64,000 nucleotides of DNA from Balanoglossus misakiensis (Eukaryota > Animalia > Hemichordata): positions 11,287,129 to 11,351,128 of the forward strand of contig CM082576.2 in assembly GCA_040954595.2 (NCBI GenBank), written 5' to 3'. The stretch's first letter is position 1; every line of letters begins with the position of its first letter. Below, in pieces: positions 1 to 13,900 of the stretch. A program made the translations under genes and the position numbers. The notes beneath the pieces were generated by a model. The model ran no database searches. It was not told where the DNA came from and saw nothing but the letters and a program-made list of their open reading frames with translations.

Positions 1-182
1 ATGATCGATCACACATTATTTTATATACAGATAGATCTATAAAACTTGAGATTGACCAATCTTTACTTTTACAACAGCGGGTAATGGTGATGAGTATATA
101 TATGCATGACAGCTGCGGTCTAGTGTGTAGACTATAGGAAAAATGCGATTTTTATGGAATACAAAAAAAGCAGAACACCTAC

Positions 183-246
183 CGAGAATGGCAAATGATA
201 ACTGACACAGGCACAGTGAAATGAGCAAAACCAGGAGTCGCCTCAT
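183..246 (-). CDS. First coding exon (signal peptide) of a secreted or membrane protein gene that continues off the left edge
   Basis: ATG at 246 encodes MRRLLVLLISLCLCQLSFAIL (basic n-region plus hydrophobic h-region). It is followed at once by a G|GTAGGT splice donor at 182. Head-to-head with EAPP. Confidence 0.6.
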
Positions 247-585
247 CCTGGACGAAACTTATTTCAGAGAGAAATCGCTGAAACTAAAAGTATGGCTGAG
301 AAATAACATGCGTACCGTTGATCACATGACGATTTGTTTCGCTAACCAGCTGACCCACAACCACGTGAGAGTCTAGCCAAGTGGAGGTCATACAAGGTCA
401 CACATGTGTGGAAATTAAAACAAGGCTAGGGATTCAACCAATGGAAATCACAGCCGTCTTAGGGGTGCTTGTAAAGAGCACAGCCAACGTTGACAAAGAG
501 ACAGGATAGAGAAGGGAACGTTTGATGCGCGTAGAGTACATTGCCTGCGAAGCTGTAAGACGAACTAAACATTTATATTCGAAGA
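247..585. promoter_or_regulatory. Bidirectional promoter (left-edge gene / EAPP)
   Basis: About 340 bp between divergent ATGs; contains TCACATGAC (321), CACGTG (362) and CCAAT (438). Confidence 0.5.
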
Positions 586-2186
586 ATGGCTGATTATGAC
601 GAGTACTGTGTAATTGAGGAAAGTGATGAAGAGGACAGAAGAGCTGAAAGGTATTTTATGAGGCGATACGTTGCTGTGAAACTTGTAGTACGGCACGGAT
701 ACATACATGTTCGTCTGTACAGTGCATGCAGTGTACGTCTTGTCAGGCCTGTGGCTAGCTGTTTGTTTGTCATGCATGCTTTCCCCGACGTTTGCTTTGC
801 AGGACTCCTGCTATCCTGCTGAATTCGCTGACCTTTCTTTGTTACTTATACAGCTCAGAAGATGAACTCGATATCATCCTTCACGGAACACCCAAGCAGA
901 AACGACGGTTACGCAGGAGTCTCAGTAGAGGCAGTCTGGATCTGACAGATGCATCCTCTAGTGGCGATGAATTTGAAAAAGAAGTGGAAGCAGAACTCGA
1001 TGCCACAATGAAGTCATTGGAGGAACAGCATAAAAACATGGGTATGCAATTAAGACTGTATCGTGAGAGAAATCAAAGCAGAGCAGATTGGGGCACACCA
1101 CATGGAATTCTACTGAGAAAAGACTGAATGCAGCACATTGGTGTAACCTAGGTGGAGAACATATCATTGCTGTCAAGATATTATGAGCATATAACTCAAG
1201 TGTGAATTTTGGAGTGTTCACCATTGTTGACAATTAATGCACCACTGTTTCTTTTTTTTTTGCTAGGGGCCCACACTCTACCCGAGTCGACACAAGGAGC
1301 TTCAACGTCAGGTACACAGGGACAAGGGGTGAATGCAGCATCATCGAAAGAGAAACCCAGCCTGGCTGATGAATTCTATGATGATGTATATTTTGATTCA
1401 GACAGTGGAAATGAAGACAATGATGAGGGTTCCGCAGGAAGTGGAAAAAAGAAAGGTAAATGGCAATTTGGCCAAATTTTTAGGTCAGTGTACCATCTCC
1501 AAATTTTCACAAGGAAAGAGTCTAAGATCAACCAGACCACCTATCAACGTTCTCCAATTCATCATGGTCCACCAGTGCAGACATTGACTTCCAGCCTTTG
1601 GACAACCTGTTCTTAACACTGTACCTTGCTGTTGCTAAACGTCAAATCCATTTTGTTTGCAGGAAAAGGAAAGCGCAGAGTGCTCACAAACGATGAGCTG
1701 TTCTACGATCCCAACATTGATGACCAAAATGAAGAGTGGATGAATAAACAGAGAGATTTTTACAAGCCCAAGGCATCCGAGGCAGGCTCAGGAGACGCAG
1801 CACTGAAGCAGAAGAGGAATGCCAATCAGAAGCCGGCGGCCACCACAGACGCCGTGTTGAACTGTCCAGCATGCATGACGCTGCTGTGTTTAGACTGTCA
1901 GAGACACGAGCTCTACACGCACCAGTACAGGGCCATGTTTGTCGTGAACTGCCTGGTTGTGCGAGACGAGATTTTGCGGTACAAACAGCAACAGAGAGGA
2001 GGCAGGAACCAGAAACGGAAGAAGCACAAGGCAGAGTTTGTACGGACGACCGCCGGTGACGGTGAATCAAGCACAGCAGAGGAAATTTACCACCCGGTGA
2101 AATGTGGAGTTTGCAGTACAGAAGTTGCTGTCTATGACAGTGATGAAGTTTACCATTTCCACAATGTGTTAACAAGTGCCCCATGA
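586..2186 (+). CDS. EAPP: E2F-associated phosphoprotein; exons 586-650, 854-1041, 1267-1455, 1663-2186
   Basis: GT-AG exons join in frame. Acidic N-terminus SSEDELDIILHGTP, motif LTNDELFYDP, and C-terminal zinc-binding domain TDAVLNCPACMTLLCLDCQRHELY...YHPVKCGVCSTEVAVYDSDEVYHFHNVL. AATAAA at 2217. Confidence 0.95.
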
Positions 2187-3879
2187 GTTTGATGTCATCT
2201 CACCTTGTATTTTTTCAATAAAGCGTATCTACTTTAGACATCTACGGTTTACCTCTTTTATTTATGTGAATGGTAATGATCATCTCATCACATCTGCATA
2301 CCTCATCAAGGACGACCAAGTGTATGAAGAATTTTAATTTATTAAAATTAATAGTATCAATACATATACTACTACTACTTACAGAACTGTCAGCATAGTT
2401 TAAGTTATAACTGTTTTTTGGTATTCACATGAAAGTGGGCTGGTTATACTTCAGTCAAAACAATTCAGCATGAAATGAGACTGATTTCTAAGCATATAAA
2501 GAATTTTCCAGAAAAAAACAAAACCAGGAAAACTCAGCAAAGATAGCTTCTAGTAGCGTTTTGGAACATAGAAAAAATATATGAAGGATACATGAAAGTA
2601 TTCCACACAGTCCTAGCAAGATTATTGTAGAGCTTCATATTTATGCAAATTGCATAAATAGTGCTGATAAATATCCGCTGTGTGTGGTTTGTAAATAAAC
2701 GCTAAATCCTCTGGAAATATGACAGGAAAGACATCCCTAAAGCTGCTTCGCCCCAAATGTTTTTATTTGGTAGAAATGCTTTGCATTAATTAAAGTAACC
2801 CTAAACCTTACACTAATCCTAACCTATGATGTACATTACAATGAGTGATACCCAATCAAGAAATGTCCTTTCAGATGGGAGCTTTGGGGAGGTCTTGGGA
2901 TATGATGTGAGCCTGTGCATACACACTCAACTCAAGCATAGAGGAAGTACATGTCAGAAAGTCTGGAAATTACACAATTTATCTGGTTATCCTATATCAA
3001 ACACATTCAGATGAAGTGACCTGATCATTTCGTAGTTATTGTGTAATACTGGCAATGACATGGAGATAAAAAAATGTAACACATACCCTGCTGATGTGCT
3101 GTTGGAAAATTATTGATCATTTTAGACAATGATCTGACATGATTTGCCAAGCTGTGAAAGCTAAGCATGATCCTTATTCAAAGATAACAACAAATGAAAA
3201 CAACCTACATGATTACCAGAGTCTTTCACATTTATACTTCCATTTTAAAAAATCCAACACGTTTCCGGATGAATCACTGTTGTTCATCTGGGTAGCAATG
3301 TCTCATAGTGATCCATTTTGATGCGTCTCAAGAGACTACAGTGTTCCGTGTTACATGTATACTGGATTTCAGTGGTGGTTCATTTTTTGCTGCCTAAAAT
3401 GAAAAGGGCAAACACATTTGTGGCCACAAAGTAAAAGCGGATTTCCCTTCATCCAATAAGGATTCAACAACAACTCCCTCCCCTTTCCATTTTAGAAGGG
3501 TGGGGTTAGACCACAACATGGAGGGAGAGTTTACACACTAGAGGATATTCTGCCAATATAAGTACACATTGTTTTGAGTGAATTGCATCTATGGCTCTGG
3601 CTTCCCTTTTCCAGTGCCTCCTCCTGCAGCTGATGCTAGTCATTAGCCGTACAGACAGCAGCCACTCCCAGTGACCAACTGTATCAGAACCTTGGCTTTG
3701 GTGTGATCTTACACAAAAATCCAAGTGGTTCAACTTCAGTACCATGTTCTGTGGCTTCCCAACAGCTTTAACTTGATAATAGATGCCACAATGAACATAG
3801 ATCATCAGTCTACAGTGAAGTGACTATCAGTGCGACCCGGGTTATGTCTTTGGAGAACTTGTGCAGGCTGCTTCTGTGA

Positions 3880-6800
3880 CTAAGCACTCGTTGATGCAGT
3901 AGTGTCAGTTTGTAGCCTATCAGTCGGTGTCTTGGCAGTTTGTGTTGGATCAGCCAGTGTCCTTTCAGCTGGGGCTGTGTTGCTTGGGGCTGCATCTTTC
4001 GTCTGGTTGCCACTGGTGGCGCCAGACGCTGATGGTTTCGGAACAGACGTAGCAGTGGTAGCTGGAGCAGTTGACAAGATGCTGGGCGAATCTTTCGGCT
4101 GAGATGGGGTGGTGGTTGATACCGATTGAGCAGGTGATTCTGCGAGTCCTGGATCCGACGCCGCATCCGGAGTCTTCGTGCCTGACGTGTCGCCCTCTCC
4201 AACTTTCGCCTTGGCACCTTTGTACGGCTGCAGGGTCTTCTTCGCCCGGGTCTCTCCCTTCTTCAGCTGCGGCCCCGGCAGCACCGGCTGGTACACGTGC
4301 TTCCTTCGGCTCACCACGGGAGACGGATAGGGGAACCCCGAGTTGATGGTCAAGCAGCCGTCACTGAACAGGGCAAACACGGGATACAGGGGCATGTTGA
4401 ACCGGGTGTGCACTTTCACCAGTGTCGTCTTGTCGTGGACGTTCAGGAACTCCAGCGTCCCGCTCTCCTTGTTCAACAGAATGCCGATGCGTCTTATGGA
4501 AGAGTTAAACAGAGACACTGGATTCTGGTGGCAGTTGTGGACGAAGCTCATCCCCCTGGCAGCTTGATACTTGACACACCACGAAGTGTTGTTATACCCG
4601 AGGAGTTGAGACCGAGGAACGTGTCTGAAAGCAACACCGACTATAAACCCCTGCCGTGGCACAATGACTTCCCAGAAACATCTCTTTTCAGGTAGTGGGT
4701 GGGTTCCAAAGATACTCACAGACCCACCCTGAGGGGAGAAAAATATGCAACAGTAGATTAGAAGTGTTTGCCTTACAAGAACACTAGCAGTGAAATTCTT
4801 GAAAACCATGTTGCTGGGTGCTAACCTCTGCCCCTTCCCCCCCCCCCCCCTCCAGAAAGTGTCAATGGTTAGAGCTGGCACCCTAAGTAGGGATTTTCGA
4901 AATGGTGATATGAACGCAAGGCTGTCCAGTGCCCAGGAAAGAAAACATAAGCAACCAAAACACATTGGCTCTGTATGGTTTGTAAATAAACACTAAATCC
5001 AGTTTGTTTTATGAAGCGAAGGGTCTACCGGTAGTACATGTATGTACATTGCTCTCAGTGCAATTTAGTATTCTAACCTTGTAGCAGCAAAGCAGGACAG
5101 GATTATTTTCACACAAGACAGAGAATGCACAAACACACACCCCAACATACAATTCGACAGTACACACCTGAAAGGGCACTTCCCGATCTGGAGTACAAGC
5201 ACAGGGTACAACCTCATGATCCTCATTGTATCTGATCTGCTTTGGATTCAAAACCTCCAGGTGCTGATGGGCTGTACATTCATCAAAGCAGATATCCAGT
5301 GCTGAAAGGTAAAAATCCGTCTCACTTGAAAATATTCATTTAGGTATGTAACAATTGGACTACATGCAATTGCAAGTCCTCATCAGTACCTTCATCTACA
5401 ATAGGGTTAATACACCAAAAATACTCAAATATGAAATTCTCCAACAACTCTTCCAATTCAGCAGGCACAAAGTGAAAGTCAATATTATTGATGAACCAAG
5501 GATTGAGGATTCAATAAATCAAGCTAAAAATTGGGTTAATTATTTATTGTGAATACAGACGCATCTAAACTTACCACGCATCGTCTCAGGATTAGCTTTT
5601 TGCATTATTTCCCTAACCCTGTCTCTACAGCGGTAGTTCTGATTGGATCTGTATTTAACCAGGTTGAGGGAAAATTGTTTTGTTTTTTTCCTTGGTTTCT
5701 TTAGAGGCCGTTCAGGTTCAAAGTCCGCAGCCCTCTTCTGCGGTGCAAAACTCTCCGCAGGTTTGGCTGCTAACTGCTGCTCTATTACACGGTTGTTGGC
5801 CATCGCCCTGAGCAGGGCCGGGTCTGTCCCCGGCTTTGGTGGCTTCAGAGGATTGTGCTGGTGGAAAGTGTACGACATCGGTGCTCTGTGCGGCACCGCC
5901 GGTGACGGGTTCACGCGGAACTTCGTCATTGTTGGTATGTCCGTCGGTCTGGCTGCCACCGGCATCCTGACAGCCGCGGAAGCCTGACTGCTGGCGGCGT
6001 TTATGTGATAGCGCACCTGCCCTGGCCTATTCACATTAGACAGTGACATGTACACAATTTGAGACTGGCCCGAGGTGACTGGTGCTTGCTGGATATGCTG
6101 TTGTTGTTGTTGTTGTTGTTGATACTGTGGGACTGACTGCAGCGTGATGTAAGCCGAGGCCTGCGACTTGGCTTGCGGTTCTCTTTGAACGAATTGCACA
6201 TTCTGGTTGAGTTGGTGGCTGGAAGTCACATATTGAATATTAGGCCTCTGCTGTATGTTTTGCACACTATGCTGGCCTTGCACGCCGTGCTGTCCCACCG
6301 GGTTGGCCCCCCGTGTGATGATGATTGGCTGAGCCCTGGTTCCAGCTTGAGCGTTTTGGCCGAGGTGGCTCACAGTGTATGAAGACAACGGAGCTGCGCC
6401 TTTAGCTTGGTTAGCAGGGACTTTTTGCTGATTGACGGCGTCTTTTGGTTTGTCTGGATGTCTAGATCGTGCCAACATACTTGCCACGGTGCGTCTCCCC
6501 ATAATGTCCTGGAATGGTGTTAGTTTGGGACCTTTTCGTTCGAAACAGGAAAGTAACATTTCCAAGACTTCCTTGGTGTCGCCAACAACCTCGTCAACAT
6601 TCCCGGTACCTTCAGAGTCTTCCTTTATGCTTTCTTCTTCTTTTTTTTTCCAACAGTGAAAACACAGAGAGAAGGGAACAACATTGCAACACATCAATCA
6701 ATCAGTATCATGTATGTTAACGGATAAGAATATTTCTGTAAATTGCTCAAAACTTCAACTTCAGGTAACGACACTACATATCCTTGAAAAACATTCAAAT

Positions 6801-8687
6801 CAAAGACGAACAGTAAATCTGTCTACCTTTCGTCTTTCCACCATCTTTTGCAGCCATGTTTCTCTTCAGAAGATCCACTTTTTTGAGCTTGTACTTTTTA
6901 CTGAGGTATGATTCCCTGTTGAACTCTAGTGGTATGCACGTATCCCTGATGTCTAGGTGGTCCTTGGCTAGAGCCGTCATCATGTATCTTGCTATTATCA
7001 GTTTGTTCTTTACGTCGACACCATTCTGATGTAAAGAGTGAAGGATTACAGACATGAATGTTTGGGTTTTCATACGACTTTTCCGGCCAACATTTATGAC
7101 AGTCTCACAGATCACATGCTTCTGTTACGATCATGACTAGAACTATAAACCGAGGTTATGATATGCACATGTACATATTAATAGTTTCCTTGTTCTCAAT
7201 CAGTCCATAAGGGTAAAATGGGAGAAATGGATTTTATGGCAGAAACAGTATAGCATTACTGTCAGTATCATGAAAATCTAGACAAGGACATGATAGAAAT
7301 CTTACATCCAAAAAGTTTGCGTGATCCATTTCCAACACTTTATCAAGTCTTTGTTGCAATTCTTCTGTCGTCTGCAAACCCTCCTCCAGTTTGGCTTTGT
7401 GCAGTGTCATTCTGTCTAGTTGGACTTCGAAGGCTTCTGCAATTTCATTCACCATGGCTGTTTTTCTGTCTTCCAAGGCACAGATGAGTTTGTGGATGGA
7501 CTGGCTGACTTTCTCTATGAGTTGATCACAAGCAGCCTGTAAGTGACAAAATTTACATCAACTAGACTGGAGGAAAAAGATCAATATTACAGCTCATGGA
7601 CTTGGGAGTACCCGGGTAGTAAACATAGCTTGTATATCCCTCCTTCTGGCAAACAAAGCAAAAACTGAACACTCACTTGCGTCTGAATGGTCAAGCCTTT
7701 CATCTCTTCCATTGCATCCTTAACATTTGCTTTATACTCGTGTATTGTTTCTGATTCTGGTTTCAAGTCTTCCTGAAAACAGCAATACAAAGGAGAATGT
7801 AGGAAACACGTGAATTCATTTGGAATCATGGGGGGAAATGCCCACTTTGGAGCTGCACTGATTGAAGCGGGTGCTGCTTGGTTGACGGTACAGGTGTCAA
7901 TATCATCAACCTAGCAGCACCCACTACAATCATTGCAGCTACTATAACGGCTGCAAACATCTTTGCATAATACCAGGTAGCATAAATTCAGCAAAGGTGC
8001 TGCTTGGTTGATGATGTTTTCCGCAGTGCTAACACAATCACTGCAGCTAATTGTAGGGTACCGTAGCAGCTCAAGTCAAGGTTTTGCTTGGTGTTGGGGT
8101 TGTTTGATGGCAAACCCAGACATCTTGTGTGACCCCCCCCCCCCCCAACACTAAGCAAAACCTAAAAGCTAAATCTGATGTGTGCAATTTGTCAAACTCT
8201 GTATATAATATCATTAACTTTTATTTTGAAGGAAACGTGGGTTTCTCCTAAGGTTTTATAAGCAATGTTATGGAATCATTGTAGTGTTGGGGTAACACAA
8301 CTGGTATCTTGCGCAAGTTATCCTGTATATTTTCACTGGTAATCATGACAAGTGATTGTACAATATTGCAAGAGCAGGGCATGTGATGTTTCCTAGTACC
8401 TTTAACAGAACACCGTCTGTTGTCACTTCTACCTCCTCGAGTTGCCGATCACACTCCGACAGTAAATGCCCTATAAGTTCATCGACCCCCTGGTCTGCTT
8501 CCCCATCATCTGTGGCCGCATCCACATCGCCTTTGCCGTCGTCGATTGTCTTTGTTGGCCGTTTCGCCTGCTCCCGTTGCCTCTTGCTTTCCTCGAGAGC
8601 AGCGAGGACGCTTCTCGGCACGTTCACCATGGTTGGTGGCTTGTCGTTGACACCCTCCCCCATCATGTGAGACAGGAGCGACGACAT
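3880..8687 (-). CDS. TRIM-like coiled-coil + Q-rich + PRY-SPRY (B30.2) protein lacking RING and B-box; exons approx. 8687-8400, 7772-7677, 7536-7306, 7025-6827, ~6639-5574, 5301-5168, 4729-3880
   Basis: Exon phases are compatible. BBC-like coiled coil (AACDQLIEKVSQSIHKLICALEDRKTAMVNEI), PRY start LDICFDECTAHQHLEV, and SPRY motifs CFWEV...IVGVA...LLGYNNTSWCV...RRIGILLNKESGTLEF...LYPVF. Confidence 0.8.
6098..6121 (-). repeat. (CAA)n microsatellite encoding a polyglutamine tract in the SPRY gene
   Basis: ctgttgttgttg... on + strand; translates to YQQQQQQQQH. Confidence 0.85.
7851..7940. repeat. Imperfect inverted repeat (37-bp arms, 16-nt loop) in intron 1 of the SPRY gene; partial second copy at ~7996-8049
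   Basis: 7851-7887 agctgcactgattgaagcgggtgctgcttggttgacg versus the reverse complement of 7904-7940 agctgcaatgattgtagtgggtgctgctaggttgatg (5 mismatches). Confidence 0.75.
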
Positions 8688-9127
8688 TTTGTTATTTCAT
8701 GGGAGGGGATATCCCAAAAGAGCTCGGTGATTGAATGATACCGCCAAAATTTTCAACAAAAATGAACGGCGACGGACCTTGGTACACTGCATAACGTTCT
8801 GCGCAGGGTTCTGCGCAACAAAGGGGCCGTGGGTCCGACCCATTCTGTACAAAGGGGTAGTCGGTAACCACCCTGGTGGACAACGGTATGCACATACACT
8901 GTATTTCAAGAACAAAACCAACCTCAACGAAAAATATTATTAAAATGGCCTCGGGGAAACAGTGTTTTTTGGGGGTGACTCACAGTCCCTCGGGTTACAG
9001 ATGTATGCTGTTGCCCTCATGGCCAGTCAATATGTGTATAATGTTGCACGGTTTGCTGGGCATAGCACACTGATGATCCATTTGCATATTTAACCAATTT
9101 ACAAACACCGTGATACATGTGATAAAC

Positions 9128-9147
9128 CATAGACCCTAGGGTCTATG
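9128..9147. mobile_element. 20-bp palindromic mini-element or footprint CATAGAC...GTCTATG with 7-bp TSD (P-superfamily-like)
   Basis: gataaac|catagaccctagggtctatg|gataaac (direct repeats at 9121-9127 and 9148-9154). Confidence 0.75.
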
Positions 9148-10913
9148 GATAAACTATACATTATTTAGTCTATCCAATGTCCTCTCTTGTCCCAGGCATC
9201 TTCATGTCAGGAGTAAACTGTATGCATATGTCTCACCACAGGTAATGACCATTTACTACCACTTAGTGGCCAATGGTGGACCACAGTCACCCCAAATAAA
9301 TAAAGAAAACAAGATCAACACAATTGAGTAGAAAGGGTACCTTTATTGTTCCTGCTGCTTCGATATAGGACACTGTGGTACAGACTAATAATACATAATC
9401 TACATATTACCATACATGCGGAAAATCTGGTCACTTTGAAGTTTTACATGAGGCGATGCAAACACCGGCACCACTTTGTGGTTATTGGATTTCAAATGTA
9501 CAATTTTGACGCAGGAAATTTGGCTTACAGATTGAGCTCTGAGCACAGAGGGTAATGTTAACATCTATAGAAACAATCACCATTTTTATAATCTTGATTA
9601 TACTAGGAAAAAAAGTACCACCAGTTCAGTTAAAAAGGAAAGAACCAACAAAAAACTTTTTAAAAATATAATCTGATATGATGCTTTTCACTGCAAATCC
9701 ACTGTTGTTGAAAAGTATGGATTTTTAGGTCCTTCTGAGGAAAAATATCATTAGCGAAAATGCCAACAAAGGATTTGGAACTGGAATTAATGACAAAGTT
9801 GATCAGGGGTTGAAAAATATGGTCTCTAACTGCCACAGACTTGCTAATAAATGCATGCATGTAAGGGTTAGCCCCCTTCTACTTCATAAAGCATGTGAAT
9901 TCACACTTCACATTCTTCTTTAAGAACCATCAGCTGGGATTACAGAATAATCAGAATCAGTATATTTTTGGAATAAAAATGATAAGTCCTGGGGCATGTA
10001 AAGACAAGAAAAAAGCATACTTTTCAACCTCTGACTGAGCACACAGAGAGAGAAAACTGAAGAATGTTGACATTTTCTTCTCGGCTAAAACTCACAACAA
10101 AATCAACAATCAAGGGCAAAAATTATATCCTATCAATTCATTTTCAATCTTCACATGCAAAAATACAAAAGCTTGGATTGGGGTACATTATTGGCATTCT
10201 GACAGACCTCAAGGATACTATATAAATGAGGATTTATACACCACTACATTTGTACTAATTTCGGTCAACATTTTAGCACTAGTGTTTAAATCGCAACGTC
10301 GATTGCACACTTATTTGTACTATGGGTATGCTTGTGGCACCAGAAAATCTGTATACAATTACTTTCGATTAAACTTATGTCCATTTATGTTTAAATGGTG
10401 ATTTCTCATGACCATGTGATGCCACTGTGTGTGGGCCTGCACGTAAATATCTGGAACTGCCTAGTTCTCAAGAATCTGTCCCTAGACATACAGATGACAT
10501 GAGCTTCTGACACTTGTGCAGCTCTACATGTATAATGTACATGTGCCATTTGCATCTATTTTAAACATTTGTCATATACATCCTCATTAAGCGCTCCATA
10601 TTCTTGACCACAAAGCATAAAATTCCTCAATGGTCTACCTAGTTGTACAGAACCCTTGGGATCCATCGCTGCCTGCACATTACAATGCATTCTACCAATA
10701 CAATCGCACTACACGTTTAATGTAAAATGCCCTAAAAATCAAGGTACACTGATGGTTTCCACTGATAATAATAATGATACACTGCATACCGCTCACGGTA
10801 TATACTTATTTAACATAATATATTCTCTTTACAGGTCTATTTTTTTTGTCTCTTCAATGATATATTTTTTAAAATACACATCCTTTCGCTCGACAGTACT
10901 TGCAGGTTCAACT

Positions 10914-13900
10914 TCAACCTGTCTCTTCTTTAAGTTGAGCAATAGAGTTTCGGAGCAACTGCACTTGAGCCTGCAACATCAGAGGAGAGAGGGATATTGA
11001 TCAAAATGTTCTGTTGAGAATCACATGTAATTTGAGAGACGCCTTAACTGATACAAGACTGCAAAAAACAGACAACAGACAATGACATAGGTTGACCACT
11101 AGTTTATTGACAAATACTGAAAGGAGGATTTTTATTACAAAGATTTGTTCTGTCCAGATTTCCTGGACTCAGTTTAATGAGTTCTGATCCAGACTACGGC
11201 AACCAAAGAAGAACAGAGCACAACAGGATATGCCAAGACAACAAAACATACAAGTAAAAACTTTACCCAACAGAGCTAAATTCAAATAACTTACCTTCGC
11301 GTGCTTCAATTCTAATTCTGCTAACTCTACCAGATTTTTGCGATAAGCGCTAACACGACGAGTTTTGAAATCTGTTAATTCATGTTTAGCCATATCTGAG
11401 ATCTTCTCAAATTTTTCACAGGCCATTTGTTGGTTTGTCTCCGCCTGTTGAATAATCAAAGCACTCTTATCAATTACTACTCTTAAGTTTCATTATAATT
11501 TAAATTGGGAGTAAGAGCAGAAATAAAAATAGTTCAACATGATTGTTATTAATGCCACATACGCTGTCTACCTCAGATGCATTGTTGCATTAAAGATTGA
11601 ACTCAGAAAAGAAAATATACACAGCATTTACGTTTTGTTCATAAAAATGAATGAAAAAATAGCTTACCTGGTGGACGTCTTTGTTTTTTGCCCTTGCTTT
11701 CTCCAATGCCTTGTTGGCGGTTTCATAGTTTGCTAGACACCGAGTCCTCCTGTACAGAAGATTCTGTGCACAAAACATGGATGTTAGTGAACATGGGGGC
11801 ATTGTCAAGAATTCAGCCAGCACACTGAACTATAGAAGCAAACACCTAACCTACATGTAGTCATCTCAAAGACCATGCGAGACTTACCTTAGCTGCTTGT
11901 GAATCTCTCATGTAGTACCTTAGTAGGTCTGCCAACTTCAGATCTTCATCAGATGCTACTCTGGCTTCAAGTTTCTGTCAAATAAACCAAACAACACTGT
12001 CACTTTTGAATTTCATCAAATGATATCAGATATTTGTATGACTGAGTGACTTTACAGAAATGAAGACTATTTCCAAAGGAAGCTAGGAGGAAACTTAGTA
12101 TATATCGCCAGAAATAGTCCAAAAATTGTTCAAATTATGGACTTACCCTCTCTTTTTCAAATATTTCTGCTAGTTTATTGAAAAACCTGAAAAAAATGCA
12201 GACAATTAACATACTGGTGTTAGATTATAAGCTCATTATCTTTGTCAATTTTTGCCACATTTCCCCTGTATTTAGGCTTGTGTATTGGCTGTAAGTATAA
12301 AAGATAACGTAAAGATTGGGGAATATAAGAAGATGTTAGGACTGAATATTTTCAAATCATTAATATACATTAGCATAGAGATTTTAACTCTGGAGAACTC
12401 CAAAAAGATTAACTGGGTCGTATGTTACACTTAGATGAACGGGAAACACCAGTCACTAAAACATCTCTCAGTGTGTCAGCTTATCTTCACTACAAAATTA
12501 AAATTGACAATGTAAGACATTGGTTGGATGTTATTAAACCCACACCTTTGAATAGCATATCTCCCACCCCAGGTGTGATAAATTACATCCTGTCACAAGG
12601 ATCACAAATGAACTGGGTGTCATTAACAGTAACAGTTAATCATACTTCCATGTGTGTCATCATTTTATGACACTACAGTTCATCATTCTTTTAGGTCAAG
12701 CATAACAATTGTGAGTCAGCATTTTATTACGCTACAAATCTAATTTTGCACACCCACAACATGATGGATACCGAGAAGAATTAGAGATGACTGGACATGG
12801 GACGACACGTACCAACAGAAATACACAATCGAAGCATTATGACAGCAGAAGCAAAATGAACAGAACTGATGAAGTTGGTGAAGCTAAAGGCCTACCGTGA
12901 AGCTTCCCTGCCTCCATTTTGACTGGCATGAACAGCAGGTAATGGAGGACACAATGGTAATTTCAGTTATATGAAACATGAAAGAATAAAAATAGCCTCA
13001 GGAGAATGCACCAGGATGAGTTTTACTTACAAGGCACAGTACATGCAGGCATCCATAAAACATATACAGAGGATGGTCAGGGGAAATAATAGAATGATGT
13101 AGATGTTACAAAGATGCAGCAACAGGTACATGAAAAAAGTTCACACACTGAAGTTAGCTGTTTAGGATTTTTTTACACTATCACACTGGATTAAGTCTGT
13201 AATTTGCGGACAACATTTGGTGAGACTGGTATTTCAAGCCACATTGATATTTTTGTTTATGTTTTAATAGTACATCAATCTCTGTAATCTTGGGCCTGCC
13301 AATAGAGGGCGCTAAAGCAAGGTCACAGTGATTTACATATTTGGTTTTCATTCATTGTCCAGAATCACCATCATACATTCACAAAATTTACAACTTGAGA
13401 CTGATAAGTATAAAGAAATTACAGACTTATTTCTGTAGTGAGGGTAAATACAAGACGAATGGTTGACTGCAAGCAATGTTCCCAGGTATCAACAGTACAA
13501 TATCACTTACTTGTCAAGATTTGTGTTTTCAAGAGTTCCTAAACCAACAAATCCACCAGATATCTTTATATAACTATCAGCAACATCTGAAATAGCAACA
13601 GTTGCAACTTCAAAACTGAGTACAAAATGTACAATTCGTTGTATATTTTGCCAGCAATATGAGAGAATTATTACACCCAATGCTACTCTTTGTAGCAAAA
13701 ACTGACCAGGTAACTCTGAGTACATGTACATGGTTCTGATACAAAGTCCACATTTGAACAGGGGATGATCAGTCTTCTTCAAGCTGCTAAGAGGCTTAGT
13801 CAATATACTAGAAAAAGTCAAATTCTCACACATAGGTACCTCTCAACTTATGATGATAAAGGCTTGTATTTACACTGATGATACAGCTTCCACTTCCAAC

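Noticed and set aside
1684-2184. 166-aa antisense ORF over EAPP, and similar shadow ORFs over the SPRY, MGME1, LPGAT1 and CREBZF exons (e.g. 50434-51012)
   Set aside because: Typical antisense or alternative-frame openness of GC-richer coding exons; no independent evidence.
13298-13315. CTCF-like motifs (CCAATAGAGGGCGCTA here; similar at ~54238-54252 and ~61489-61504)
   Set aside because: Motif match only; such strings are also common in transposon fragments and need ChIP data.
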